Source: Elsinoe ampelina (lineage: Eukaryota). From it: 64,000 nt of DNA. This document shows, piece after piece, positions 1 through 12,031 of this stretch (its first letter is position 1; every line of letters begins with the position of its first letter). The stretch is from assembly GCA_010093995.1 (NCBI GenBank), contig ML992505.1:808273-872272 (forward strand), in the 5' to 3' direction. Made by a program: the position numbers and the translations under genes. The notes below the pieces were generated by a model. It was not told where the DNA came from. It did no database searches and worked only from the letters and a program-made list of their open reading frames with translations.

Positions 1-845
1 GACTTTCTCATTCAGCATCGGATGAATGGACAAACTTGCGAACGCCTGTGCTGTCCCTTGCGAGAAGCCAATGTACGAAAGCGACTTTTGCTTCGTGGCT
101 GACAGAACATAGTTGATACTGTCCGGGATGTCATGGAATGCGAATTGGTCGATGGAGAAATTCCAGAATTCTGTACTGGTTGGGTCGTACCTCGTGTGTT
201 TGCGACTGTATTTATTAGCTCTTTGATTACCGAGCTGTAGAGGGTCAGTGTTGTCCATATACAGTGTCGATCAGATCCCTTACCCAGACATCGTACCCCA
301 GCTCAACGAGGACGAAAGGCAGACACCTCTCTTCTTCGGTCAGGCACACCCAGACTTCGCTATTCATGAGAAGGCCATGGTGTAGGTACACCACCTTCTT
401 TTGAACGCTTCCCTCTCCGCAATTGACTCTCTGGTCCTCCTCACCCCGCCTGTATCCAAGTCTGTGAACTCCGAGGAGGTACCCATCCGAGGTGTGAACA
501 ATGTGCTCTTCCGCATAGTACCCGTACAGTCTCACGAGATCCGTAAAATCCGATGCCTTTGAAATAGGGGACGAAACAGCCCGCTTCTTATTCCTCGACC
601 TCCTCCCCTGGGGTGACGACAAGAGGTTGAAAAGCCGCCGGGACTGTTGATACAGAAATCGGATGACAGGATCCGGTAGAGCAAGAGTAATGATCCGTAT
701 AAAGCTCTCCAGTCCCACCAGTAAGAAACTTCCAAACAAGGCTAGATACTCATGGCTGCGAGTGACAATGGTCAGCATACCGACGGATTGAGAACCGGGC
801 CAGAACAAACAATTGAAGGCGCCCAATGAATGGCACTCGAGGCAT
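1..845 (-). CDS. AB-hydrolase lipase / sterol esterase (Tgl1/Yeh1-like), 3' end outside window
   Basis: ATG at 845 (MPRVPFIGRL), intron, then ORF 245-826 with EEHIVHTSDGYLLGVHR, LHHGLLMNSEVW and GYDVW; next exon LGNQRANKYS...YIGFSQG (GxSxG lipase motif near nt 55-75). Confidence 0.9.
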
Positions 846-1374
846 CTTAGTTTGATCCGAGAAGGTTGTTATTAGAGTCTGCTGCAGGGATAATTTGCGT
901 TTGTTGTGTGTGATGTTGAGCGCATCGCGTGCCCCCTAGCTAGCTCACAACAAAGACATTCGACAGCGGATCTGCTCGACAAGATGATACGAGTCTGTGT
1001 GACGAGTGCGGCGTGGCAATGCGACAGTCCAGACAATGTGGTATCTTCGAATGTTGTCGAGGTTTTCCTCGTGTCTCGTCTCAGTCAATGCACGCGACGT
1101 CATGGGTTTCTGGCATGTGAAGACCGAGGTCGGCGGGGCTAGATTTGTGGCGGCTCTGCGGGATAGTCCGGAGCTAAAAATTGAAGACCGACCAGGACGA
1201 GATCCTGGCTGAAGTAATTGGTGGAGGCAGATGGTCATTCATTCGATATTCTTCTTTCCAGGATCGCAAGAATATCGGCAGTGAGATCTGAAGACTCAGA
1301 AGGATGATCGCAAGGCGGTGACAGGTTTCTTAATCTCATCAACAACTCCAAGGCTACCCGGGCAGGCTTTGAAT

Positions 1375-1760
1375 ATGCCGTCGTCATGCAAGGACATCAG
1401 TAGGCGCAAACCGAGTAGACCTCTTGGGGAATTCCCTGACAGCTTGTAGGAGAGGCGCTTGCGTTATGTCTCCAGAACAGCGACTGCGTGATGGTCGAGC
1501 GAAATAAGCCCTCGGATTGTCTGCGACCACCTCTGGTCGATACCCTACCTACCCAGTGTCAGCAACTGAAGCGAGGATATGGTCAATGCAAGCGCGGCAT
1601 GGTAGACATGCGGAAACGCTTCAGAGGCAACAATCCGGTGTCGACGAGTGTCGAGCTCCAAGCAGGAGAGTCAAAGGGTCAGCTGTATGCAGGAGGAGCC
1701 GCTTTCCCAAAGATCAAAGGCACAGACGGCGACGAGAAGGAGCCTGAGGAGAAGGAATAG
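1375..1760 (+). CDS. PET191: Cytochrome c oxidase assembly factor Pet191/COA5 (twin-Cys IMS protein)
   Basis: Exon 1375-1399 MPSSCKDI, GT..CTGAC..AG intron 1400-1449, then REALALCLQNSDCVMVERNKPSDCL...QCQQLKRGYGQCKRGMVDMRKRFRGN, matching the family pattern. Confidence 0.92.
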
Positions 1761-1876
1761 AGGCGGACATCGAGAACGAATATACCCTGTAAAACAGCTG
1801 TATCATCACTTGGAAGAAAAGGGAAGCAGGAAACTTTTATGCATTCAGATCATGACCAGATCTTCATCTCAACTCA

Positions 1877-2758
1877 TCAGCATTTCCTGTCATTATACCA
1901 CCTCTCCCCATTCGGCCCCGTCATACCAAAGCTCGGGCTCATCCAGTAGTCACTCTCGACATACCAGAAGAGATGCACGCCCTTTAGTCTCTTACTGCAG
2001 ACCAGCTTCCGCCAAAACTTCCTTGCATTATCCACGCTCGCGACCGCCTTACCAGCAAAAGTCTCTCCCGACACAGGCCAACCAGTCTCGGTCACCCACA
2101 CCGGGATCCCCGCCTTGACAGCATTGGTGTGACTCCTAGTCCTCCTCAACGACCTCATGAAGACTTTCGCAGCACGCTGAATCGTGGCTCCTTCAAAGTA
2201 AGGGTACCCATCGAGACCAACAAAGTCACAAGCCGTGGTGACGACATCATTGACCGGGTCAACCCATGCAGTCCAGGTATCCACGTGCCCGACTGGTACA
2301 TTCACTCCTTGTGCCCGGATCATGCCTCGAACGTCGTAGATCTTCTGGGCGATGATGTTTGGGTCCGCCTCTTTTCTGTACAGGTCTTCTGAGCCGACGC
2401 TGACGGCGAGCATCCAGCTGCTCCCGTAGGCCTGGATGGCAGCGAGGAGGGCTTGCTTCTCGGCGTTGAAGTGATTGTCATCTTGTGTCCAGACACCGAC
2501 AAGGATTCTGGTCTTTGTGGCTAAAGCTGCGGGGACGGCGTTGGCGAGGGTGTTGCAGTCGCTGCTGGCGTAGAGGCGGGCAGTATTGAATGGACCTGGA
2601 GATGATCTCATTCGGTTGAAAGCATCTCTCCATTGATCGGTGGATTTGCAGGAGCCATCTGCGTTGTTTGCGGCAAAGTTGAAGCCTCGAAAGGCTGCTG
2701 TCGTAAAGGGGATGAAAGTGGTGAGAAGGGCAAGAATAATCGGCGTAAGGAGCTTCAT
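1877..2758 (-). CDS. Secreted GH17 beta-1,3-glucanase/glucanosyltransferase
   Basis: Signal peptide MKLLTPIILALL; motifs ARLY, VSVGSEDLYR, VGHVDTW, DGYPYF, VWVTETGWP. The ORF track extends to 2833, but the signal-peptide ATG is at 2758. Confidence 0.92.
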   Translation of the reverse strand: MKLLTPIILALLTTFIPFTTAAFRGFNFAANNADGSCKSTDQWRDAFNRMRSSPGPFNTARLYASSDCNTLANAVPAALATKTRILVGVWTQDDNHFNAEKQALLAAIQAYGSSWMLAVSVGSEDLYRKEADPNIIAQKIYDVRGMIRAQGVNVPVGHVDTWTAWVDPVNDVVTTACDFVGLDGYPYFEGATIQRAAKVFMRSLRRTRSHTNAVKAGIPVWVTETGWPVSGETFAGKAVASVDNARKFWRKLVCSKRLKGVHLFWYVESDYWMSPSFGMTGPNGERWYNDRKC

Positions 2759-4300
2759 TGTGATGGTCAGACTGTCGGTCGCTGTGTGCTCAACATAACT
2801 GGAAAAGTACAAGATATTATAAGACTCATGCAAGGTCTAAAGATAGGAGAGACACGTTATGCAATCGATACCATACCATGTCATATCAGCTATCTGATTG
2901 AAACATGCCCGCTGGACACGAGAAGCACCATCTTCTGTCCTACCTGCAGACTATCGGACGTGCCGTGTCGTACGCGTGAGGACGTTCTCGAAAAATCTTC
3001 CAGTTCCGGACTGGGCATACAACGGTCAGTAGGCTCAACCGCTTCGGGCGATGCTGAACGATCGTGTTGGGCAATGAGTGACAAATTGGGAACATGAGAT
3101 CTCGGCACAATGTACGAGAGATTGAGATGAACTATACCTGCTTGTTCCGGGAGAGATTTGGCAACGTTCTGTGATGGTAGCGGATGTGTTGATGATGAAA
3201 AGTGGAGCACAACACTCTGGTATCCTGCATGTTGCCCTGTTGACTGACAGACATCGTCGGCCTTTGTGAAGGCATGTCAATCAACAGAGAATCGCTCTCC
3301 GTGCCGCCAGAGATGTCTCGTCAACCAGCCTGTTGCTATTGATATCGGTATCAACAGAACCAGAGTCAAGGACATTCAAGGGCGTTCATACAACAATTCA
3401 TCGAATCCTGATCATCAGAGACATACGAGCCTTGATGCCTCAGAGACGATCGATATGCACCAAGTCGAGCCTCGATAAAGAGTGTCGTCGTGATGTCGAA
3501 CGGATCGATGATGGAAAACCAAAGGATGAGTTTGAAGCGGTACGCCCTGGTCATCATTATCATCAGTTCCAGACCAAACAACTTCCAGACCCTGATTGGC
3601 AATGACAATTATAGTGATCGAAGCATTTTAGAATGTTCTTTCAGGCGGCGCAGGCGGCCAAACCTGCTGAGTGGGTTCAAGGCTGTTCAGCCTCGTCTTC
3701 CGGCACCACGGCGGCAAGCGACACGCGCCGGTTTCATGTGGCAGCACCAACACACTCCCAACTTTAACAGCTGTAGATCAGTCCAGTCCAGGCGCTTGTT
3801 CATGCAGGTGATGCGGAATCACCGAGACCTCCCGGTCGACCTGAATATACAAATGAGGTGGTATCAAAGTGGAGCCTCGATGATGGGAATTCTCCTCGGG
3901 CAACACGACAAGGCCTTGTCAAGAGGATTCGCATCTCAGATCTGTATGTTACAGAGTCTCCAGCCACTCTCGGCGATGAAGATGTTGGCCTGACATCCGA
4001 GTCAATCACAGCCAGTGACCTATAACCGCGCTCCCAGCTTCAGCCTCATCCGCCTCGCTTGACCACGCAAAAGCCTAAGTTTGGTTCACATTACAGGTGA
4101 ACGCGTTTCACTACGAGGCAGGTGAGTGTACTCGTAGGGCTGCAACAGTCTGATGACTTCATACATAATTCACTCATCTCGATTGTCGATTCTTGCTCAT
4201 ACCAATCCCATAGTATTTGAACCCCAGTAAGAGACGTTTCCTTTGTTCGATTCTATCCCATCACTTTCTTTGAATACCATCAGTCATAGTGCCGGACACC

Positions 4301-4783
4301 ATGACTACACCAAACACCTTTAATACTCCTTCAGGAAAGGCCAGGTCGCTCACCATTCAAACTTCCTCCGACCGCATTGTCTACGCAAAGACACATCAAC
4401 CCAACATCATCCTTCCCATTGACGGGGGATGCTTCGGCTCTGTTACTGAAAGACGACGTGGTCAAAGACGTCGGGCCCCATTGAGTGTAGACACCCACAA
4501 CTCGACCTCAAGTCCATCCACACCGCTATCCCCACATCGTGTCAAGTCAAGATACAACCAAAAGACACCTACGAGGATGACTCTTCCTACACCACGAAGG
4601 CCACCTACTAAGCGTACACCAAGTGATAATCTTCTTACCTTTAAAGGAATGGATCAGGAGTTTACTCCACCGACAGCTGCTACCTGGTCTGCCAGAGTTC
4701 GGATCTTGATGGCTCAAAGGAATGCAGAGTTTGAAGAAGTCGGAACACCATCCACGTTGCATTCGCGGAGTATTGGCACTTAG
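4301..4783 (+). CDS. Hypothetical small basic S/T/P/R-rich protein
   Basis: Single open frame with ATG in a CACC context at 4301; no recognisable domain. Confidence 0.4.
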   Translation: MTTPNTFNTPSGKARSLTIQTSSDRIVYAKTHQPNIILPIDGGCFGSVTERRRGQRRRAPLSVDTHNSTSSPSTPLSPHRVKSRYNQKTPTRMTLPTPRRPPTKRTPSDNLLTFKGMDQEFTPPTAATWSARVRILMAQRNAEFEEVGTPSTLHSRSIGT

Positions 4784-5009
4784 AAGGCATACACATATAC
4801 CCATTGCGTGCTTATTGTAGAACTACCAGGCGGAGTCGGAGTTGGGCATTTTCATGTATTATACTAGTCGATGTATATTAAATACGAGTAACGGCTGTTG
4901 CATCATACTTTTCTCTTGATAAACCCCGTTCTGATCCACTTCTGTAGTATATCGCGATTGTGTAGACATTCAGAAAGAGGAGTCATCGATTTGTGAGAAA
5001 ATATTGCTA

Positions 5010-5143
5010 TTCTCCTTTGCAAAAGGGTTGGGATTTGCTTGGCAAATTTGCTTGTCAACGTCAGCTAAAACGACCAACTTCAGCCTAAATAGCTAATAAC
5101 TCACTAATCTATTAAAAATTGAAGCTGAAAAAAGGTGTAACAG
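5010..5143 (+). repeat. Left terminal inverted repeat (39-bp core, degenerate extension, inner 25-bp block 5119-5143)
   Basis: TTCTCCTTTGCAAAAGGGTTGGGATTTGCTTGGCAAATT is the reverse complement of 15522-15560; TTGAAGCTGAAAAAAGGTGTAACAG matches 15428-15452 with 2 RIP-type changes. Confidence 0.93.
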
Positions 5144-5480
5144 TGAAGTTAGTGCTTCCGGATTAAGTAATAAAATAATTAACCAATTCGTAGCTAAATT
5201 ACTAGTGTTAGTATTACTATTATAATGCCTTAAACATGCCTTATTTTATTGCCCTATTACGTTAACTACATCTATAAGCTCTTCCTCTCTAGTATAAGTA
5301 CTAATAACATTACTAACCTTACTAAAGGCCTCTTAAGGTTAAGATCTTACTACTTAAAGGCTAATTAGCTTACCTTTAGCTATATTAAGTATCTAAAGGT
5401 ATTAAAGAAGAGAGGGCAGCTACTACTATTACTACTCGAGGTGTTACTAGATATATAAAGGCTATTCGAGGAGAAGTTAG

Positions 5481-5943
5481 TGTTACGAACTGTCTAAACA
5501 TAGTCTACGCTAGTAGTCTAAGCTAAGCTAAGAACAAGAGAGTTCTACTTCTATAGTAGTATAGTACTAAGGTAAGAGTTAGAGAAGGTATATCTTATAG
5601 ATAATAAAGTACAATTAGATAGTATTACAAAGGCTAGCCTTAGCAATACTAGTGTTTACTATCTAGATAAGGTTAACTATAGTACTTATATAAGGTAAGG
5701 ACTATTCCTATATATATATATTCTCCCTTGTGTTCTTTATATACTCTACATACTCTATAGCGAGAGTTAAGAGCAATATAGAGTACACGTCCGCTAGTAA
5801 CCTACGCGCTCTATAGTTTTAGAAGTAGAGCTACTAGAGAAGATAGAGAACTAGGTAAATATTAGGCTAGGTTATATAATAATCTCGGTAGCTTAATTAG
5901 TCCTAATATCTCTACGTTCTAGCTGTCCTACTAGTTCGTAACA
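5481..5943 (-). repeat. 3' LTR
   Basis: TGTTACGAAC...GTTCGTAACA ends (TG..CA, 10-bp inverted termini); colinear with 12032-12494. Confidence 0.96.
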
Positions 5944-5946
5944 TTA

Positions 5947-5958
5947 CTCTTCTCCTTT
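5947..5958 (-). promoter_or_regulatory. Polypurine tract of the LTR element
   Basis: AAAGGAGAAGAG on the minus strand, 3 nt before the 3' LTR. Confidence 0.8.
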
Positions 5959-6017
5959 AATTAAGTTGTTCTAACGAGTAAGTATTCTTTCTTGTCTTTA
6001 CGCGCTATATACTAAAT

Positions 6018-6570
6018 ATACCTTCTAGTTATTAAAGGCATAGCAAATCTAGTATATCTATACGAAAGAATCTCTCTAAGTTTATTAAACTATTCGGAAC
6101 TAATATGCTATAGGCTTGTTCTTATTACAAATCGAAGGGGCTAGACTATAAGGTCTATATTTAGTCGAGTATCTATAGCTAGTATATTATAAGTAACTAC
6201 TTAAGTTATAATATTTAAGTAACAAAATTAGAATAGTAGCGTCTTTAGTCTAAGTATATTCGTTTACGAAAGGAATTAGTTATAGCTAAGGCTACTAGAA
6301 GGGAAGCTAAAGAAGCTTATAAAAAGACAAAAGAGGCTTATTAAAGAGCTATAGGTAATAAGCTTCGCCTACGCGAAGAGATATAAAAGTTAAAGGACAA
6401 GGCAAAGAAAGTAATCTCTTTAGAGAAGACTCGTATTTAAGTCCTAGAGTAGGAGGAAATACTATTATTAGTAGATCCTATCCTACTATAGAATTAGTAG
6501 TTATTTATACCTAACTCCGATTAGAGTTTCTTATTTAGTAATAATTAGAGCACTTCTATTAGTTAAGTAG
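6018..6570 (+). pseudogene. Antisense ORF relic in the retrotransposon: Zn2Cys6-like cluster plus coiled coil
   Basis: In one frame, TGT/TAC/TAT codons at 6117, 6126, 6147, 6174, 6183 and 6207 give C-x2-C-x6-C-x8-C-x2-C-x7-C after G/A reversion, followed by a K/E/R/A-rich helix. Start and end are approximate. Confidence 0.7.
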
Positions 6571-9500
6571 TTTTCCTTAGGCATTCTCGTTTTTGTTTAG
6601 TGTTAGTAGCTTTAGGTCTACCTAGTTAGTTTACTTAGGATAGGTTTTTAGTTTAATAATCTAGAATTGCTTACGAGGTAAAGTGTTTCTCTAGTTCCTA
6701 TATTACCTTACTATACTAATGTCCTTTCTAGTAAATAAGATAGTAGCGTTTTCCTTTTATAAGTTTATAACGTAAAACCCTTTCTATCTTATACTATAGC
6801 TTCTATGTTTCTTTATCTAGTTCGATAGGTCTAGGTATAGTATTCTATAGTGCTTTCTCTAGTAGTAATATATAAAAGACTAGATAGATCCTTATATATC
6901 TTAGTAGTTCTAGTTTGTATACGTTCTTGTTTTTCTTTTCTAGAATCTTAAAGAGTTCTAGTTTAGTGTAGTTAAGTTTTTTACTCGGTTGTTTCGTTTT
7001 AATATTTTTACTAAGGAGGTAAACTTTCTCTCTCTCCTATAGAATTAGTCTCGCAATTTTCTTCTAGTTAGTAAACTCTACTATTCTTTATAATATAAAT
7101 ACTATATTATAGTATAGCTAGTTATATAGTTTCTTAATATTAGCTACTAGTATATTAGTATCCTCAGATACTAGCTTAATTCTAAGTATATCGTAGTATA
7201 GATCCGGGTATATTCTATAGTTTATATAGAATAGTAAAATTCTATTTGCTAACTTTCTATTATTAATAGCGAGCTCTACGAGCAGTAATAGCGTCGCCTA
7301 TAAGTCTTACTTATAGTTTAGGTAGCATTATAGGTACTACTCTAGTACTTGATTTGCTATTTAGTTTGTCCGTCCGTTTATAGGTAAAAGGAGATTAATA
7401 GCTTATATTTAACTCCTAGTAGGTCTATAAATAATTGCTAGAATTGTAATATAAATAGCTTATCTCTATTAGTTATTAGGTCTCGTAGTACTCTATGTTA
7501 TAAAACAATTATTTAGAGAAAGATAAAGGCTATATCCTCGATAGTTACTATTATCTTATATAGTATAAAGTAGTAATACTTCGTAAATCTATCTACTAGG
7601 ACTAGAATACTATTGTACTTTATACCTATAAGAGGTTCTTCTAATAGCGGTAGAGGTCCTATAAAGTCTATTATAACTAATTACTATAGTTTATCTAGTG
7701 GTAGTAAGAGTTATAGTAGGCTATATAGTTTATATCGAGAGTATTTAGACTTATAGCACATATCGCATGTAGTAATATACGTCTTAATATCGTTTTAGAG
7801 TCCTTTCTAGAGGTAGTTTTATATAATGAGTTTAATAGTCTTATTAATCCTACTATGTCCTATAGTTAGGTTATTATAGTATATTTAAATAACTTCTTTT
7901 TTCTATTCTTACGTAAGCTCCTAGGTAAGGCTATATAACTACTCTACCTTCGAGTACTTATAGACTAGAGCGCCGTCTTACTACTTTAGTATAGAGGCCT
8001 CTATTATTGTTATATTTTTTAAGTAATTCGGCCGGCAGCTAAGAGTATCTACTTCGCCGTTCTCTAATCCCTTAATATAGTAGATCTAGAAGTTATAGCT
8101 TGTAAGTGTTTCTAACTATCAAATCTGTCGTCTATTAAGAACCTTAGTTATTGTCTAATATAGGAGGTTCTTATAGTTAGTGTAGACTTATATAGGTAAG
8201 GTTGTCTCTTCTAGGTATACTCTCTATTTGTAGAACGCTTTTATAATTATAAGTAATTCCTTGTTATATATATCATAGTTAAGTTTAGGTCTAGTTATTT
8301 CTCGTAAGTAGTATATAATCGAGTAGTATTATCCTTCTACGTTCTTCTATGCTAAATACGCTTCTATTGCAAAGTCCGAGGCATTTGTTTCTAGTAGTGC
8401 TTATTAGTCTAGGTCGAAGAGTGCTAGAATAGGTGCTATTATAAGCCTAAGCTTTAGCTCCTTAAAGGCCTACCTATATCTCTTATTAAAGATAAAGCTA
8501 GTTTCCTTTTTCGTAAGGTTAGATATTAGCGTAGCTACCTTAGAGAATCCTTTAATAAACTTATAGTAGTAGTTAAAGAACTCTAGTAGCGCTTAAACCT
8601 CCTTAACTGTCGTAGGTTCCGGCTAGTTATTTACTAACTTAATCTTCTTCGGATTAGGTTCGATACTATTAGTAGATATAACATAGTCTAGAAATTATAT
8701 CTTATACTTATAGAACTTACACTTAGAGAGTTTTACTAGTAGGTCTTTCTCTTTTAGTTTCTATAGCACTTTATAAATATGTCCTATATATTTGTTATAC
8801 ATCTTTAAGAAGATAATAATATTGTCTAAATATGCTAAGATAAAGTTATTAAGGTATTCTTATAGAGTATTATTAATTAACTCTTAGAAAGTTATAGGAG
8901 TATTAGTTAACCTAAAGGGTATAACAAGGTACTTATATAGACTCTATTATGTTCTAAAAGCTATTTTCTACTTCTTGCTCTCCTTTATTTATACTTAATA
9001 ATAAACGTCTTTAATGTTAATTACAGTGAACTATTTAGCTCTAAGAAGTTAGTTTTAAAGTTTATCGATCCTTAGTAGGGGATAGCGATTCTTCCTAGTA
9101 AGTGTATTAAGTTTCTAGTAATTAATATATATTTATAACGTCCTATTCTTCTTTAGTATAAAAAGCACTCCGTGCGCAATAGGTAATTTTAATAGTTATA
9201 TAAATCCTTTAAGTAAGTACTTATCGATATAGTTCTTAAGAATATTCTCCTCTTGTTTCGATAGTAGTATAAAACCTTAATAGTATATTAGGGATTTACC
9301 TTCTTTAAAAGGTATTTCGTAATTCTATAGTTTATATTAGAGTAAGGCTACGATGCCTTTTCTTTCTTTAAATAAGTTCTTAAAGTCTTTATATTCTAGC
9401 GGAAGTGCTTAATTACTTACGCTAGCGATAGCTCTAACTATTAGTTGTACCTATACTATTCTTGCAGTTAGTATCTATAGAGCTAATTATACTCTCTATG

Positions 9501-9936
9501 TCCTATAATTACACTTAGGGAATTCGAGTGTTTCTTTAATCTAGTCTACGTCTAGATTATGTTATTAAAGCTAGTCTATACTAAGTACTATATTATACTA
9601 TATATTAACTATATCGATCGATCGTTTTTCTATATATGTCCTAATTCTAATTATAATGTTTCGTAGTTCCTAAGTAACTTTCTCGTCCTTCCCTATAGAG
9701 GTTCTATTCGCTATAGTAAGTAGGTAAGGTAACTCCTTCTAATATTAATAAGGTTTAAGCTAATTAGTAACTGTTATAGAGACATAGCTATAGTTAGCTC
9801 TTAAATTTATTATTGCTCTTACCTTATTTCCTTATATCTAGACTTCTAGTATAAAGTAATTTAACATATAGATCTTTATTATATTAAGGCTTTAGCTAGT
9901 GTTATTATCTTGCCTCCTTAGGCGACAACTAGCTAG
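6563..9936 (-). pseudogene. pol relic (protease, RT, RNase H, integrase, chromodomain)
   Basis: RIPed motifs: AIINLRA (=AMIDSGA, ~9800); YKYLVIPFRLTNTP and AYLDNIII (RT, ~8815-8940); LETNASDFAI (RH, ~8370-8395); TDGQT (IN, ~7365, 1-bp deletion just after); YLIY*KGH...*ELEKH (chromodomain, ~6680-6745). Confidence 0.93.
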
Positions 9937-11915
9937 TTTTTTGTCATTGTAGCGCCTTAGATAAGTAGTTAATCCCTTCCCGCACATATCTATTATTAGT
10001 ACTATATCTACTAGGCAAGTTGTGTTTTGTTACTATTTAATATAGCGAGGTAAACTTCTAGCGCCTAAGTCCCTTAATAACTATAAAGTCTAATAATTCT
10101 CTATTAGTTATACTAAGTAGTAGTATACACTTATATTAGTATAACTATTTCCTCCGGGTATAGCTAGGTATTAGCATTAAAGACGAAAGTAAGTTAAGTA
10201 GATTCGTCTTGTTATGTTCTATTCTAGTAATAGATATATATTATTATATAGTTTCTCTATATTTCTATAAGGTATACTTTAAGTCGTCTACCTAGTAGTA
10301 GTATATTATTGTTATTATTAGATAAATTGTTATCTATATTATTATATTATAGTTGTTCGGCGTATTCTTTATTATATTTCTCTTTATCGCTACTGCCTCT
10401 AGTATAGTTATAGTTAGTAAAGCTACACTAAGTATATTCCTATACTTAGCTATAGGGAATAGTACTATCTATTTCGATTACTAAGAAGTCCGTAGTGTAT
10501 TTAAGACTAATAGCCTCTTCTCTAAGTACATCGTATAAGTAAATAGTATAGTACTATTTACAATCTAGATTTATGCATTTCTAGAGCGATATATAATATA
10601 CCTTTCCTTATAGTTCGCTATAAGAGCTAAAGGTAAGGCTACTATATTATCGTGTAGCACTTGCGTCCTAATACTTCGTCTCGATAATCGTATATTAGTA
10701 ATTGTTACTAACTACCTTCTAAGGTTAGTTAATGTTACTACTAATTATAGAGAGCCTTTCTAGGTTAAGCCCCTAGTCTAGCTATTTTGTTAGTTACTTA
10801 CGCTTAGATAGCTTATATAGGAACTAACTAGATCCTCGCTTGTCTAATAAGTAAATATAATAAGAGTTATTATAATATACTATCTATAATAGCGTTATAT
10901 ATTAGCTTTGTTATTTGCTATTAGTCGTAGAGATATTAAGCATAACATCTAGAGAGAATTCTATTACCTCTCGAGTTGTTATAGATCTCTTCTATATTTC
11001 CTTACCTACGCTAAAGATCGTTAGATCTTCTATAGTAGTGTTAGCCTTTTTCTCTACTAGCTCGGCAACTATTATATATAATTCATTAGCTAGCGCCCCT
11101 TATTAGTAGTCCCTAGCCCGATACTTAGGTCTTTTACACTTAAAACATAGATTGTCTTATCTATACTTCTCTCTCTCTTTTCTACTAAGGAACTTTCCTC
11201 TATAGCTATAGCCTTATACCTATAAGGGGCAGCCTTCGTATATAGTATTAAGTTCTATAGAGTCTCTATAGTTTCGGGAGGAACGTATATATCTAGTGTT
11301 TGCCTTATATCCTCTACGACGTTCTATATGTCGTTTATAGAGTCTATTATCGATAGCAATTATAGTATCTACTAGTTCCTAAAGACTATCGGGCAGCTTA
11401 GGTATTATTTAGTCTTTAACTAAGTCGCTTAGTCCTTAGTAGAATGCTAAGTGTTTAGCACTATCGTCCTAGTCTAGGTATATTACGAGTTATTAGAACT
11501 AGAAATAGTACTAGGCTATAGACCTACGTTGTTATAATTGTTAAATCTTCGTCGCGGCGATACGTTCCTTATTAGATACGTTAAAGACTTACTTAATCTT
11601 TGCCTAGAAGATGCTAAAGCTCTTAAAGATAGCCTTTATATCTAGGCCTAGTTATCTATCTAGGTAGCTACTTATATAAGGCTTAAACTACCTAAAGGTA
11701 GCGCCTTTAAGGTGTATTCCGGCATAGAGGACCTTTGCTACGTCGTTAGCGTACTTATCTCCTTCTAGAGCGAAGAAGGCTTTAAGTTAAACAAGAAAGC
11801 GCCTTAAGTAGGCGCAGTCCCCGTAGAAGAGTTCTACCTCTAACTTAGGCCTACTTCGTCCTTCTATACTAAAAGACCTTCTATGTTCGCCCGAGATTAA
11901 ACTAGTAGTAGACAT
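9933..11915 (-). pseudogene. gag relic (~660 codons) ending at an AAAAAAC-TAG -1 frameshift site
   Basis: ATG 11915; LFYGD..LRRFLV..KVLYAG.HLKGA.F.WF capsid pattern; CFKCKRP.(H)RARD(C) knuckle at ~11107-11148; the same frame runs to A AAA AAC TAG at 9942-9933, and pol continues in the -1 frame. Confidence 0.88.
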
Positions 11916-12031
11916 GTCGTTAATAGTAAGCTTTCCTAGCTTACTAGCGATTAAAGATACTAATAGTAACTTAGAGCGAGAGTTACTTATTAACCTTATA
12001 GTATGCTATACTATAGTAAGGGTAGTTAAAA

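Noticed and set aside
2760..4290. Several short ORFs in the intergenic stretch (e.g. 3490-3993)
   Set aside because: No domain similarity, mostly non-ATG starts and no coherent exon structure.
10915..11106. 63-aa ORF in the AT-rich island
   Set aside because: Chance open frame antisense to RIPed gag.
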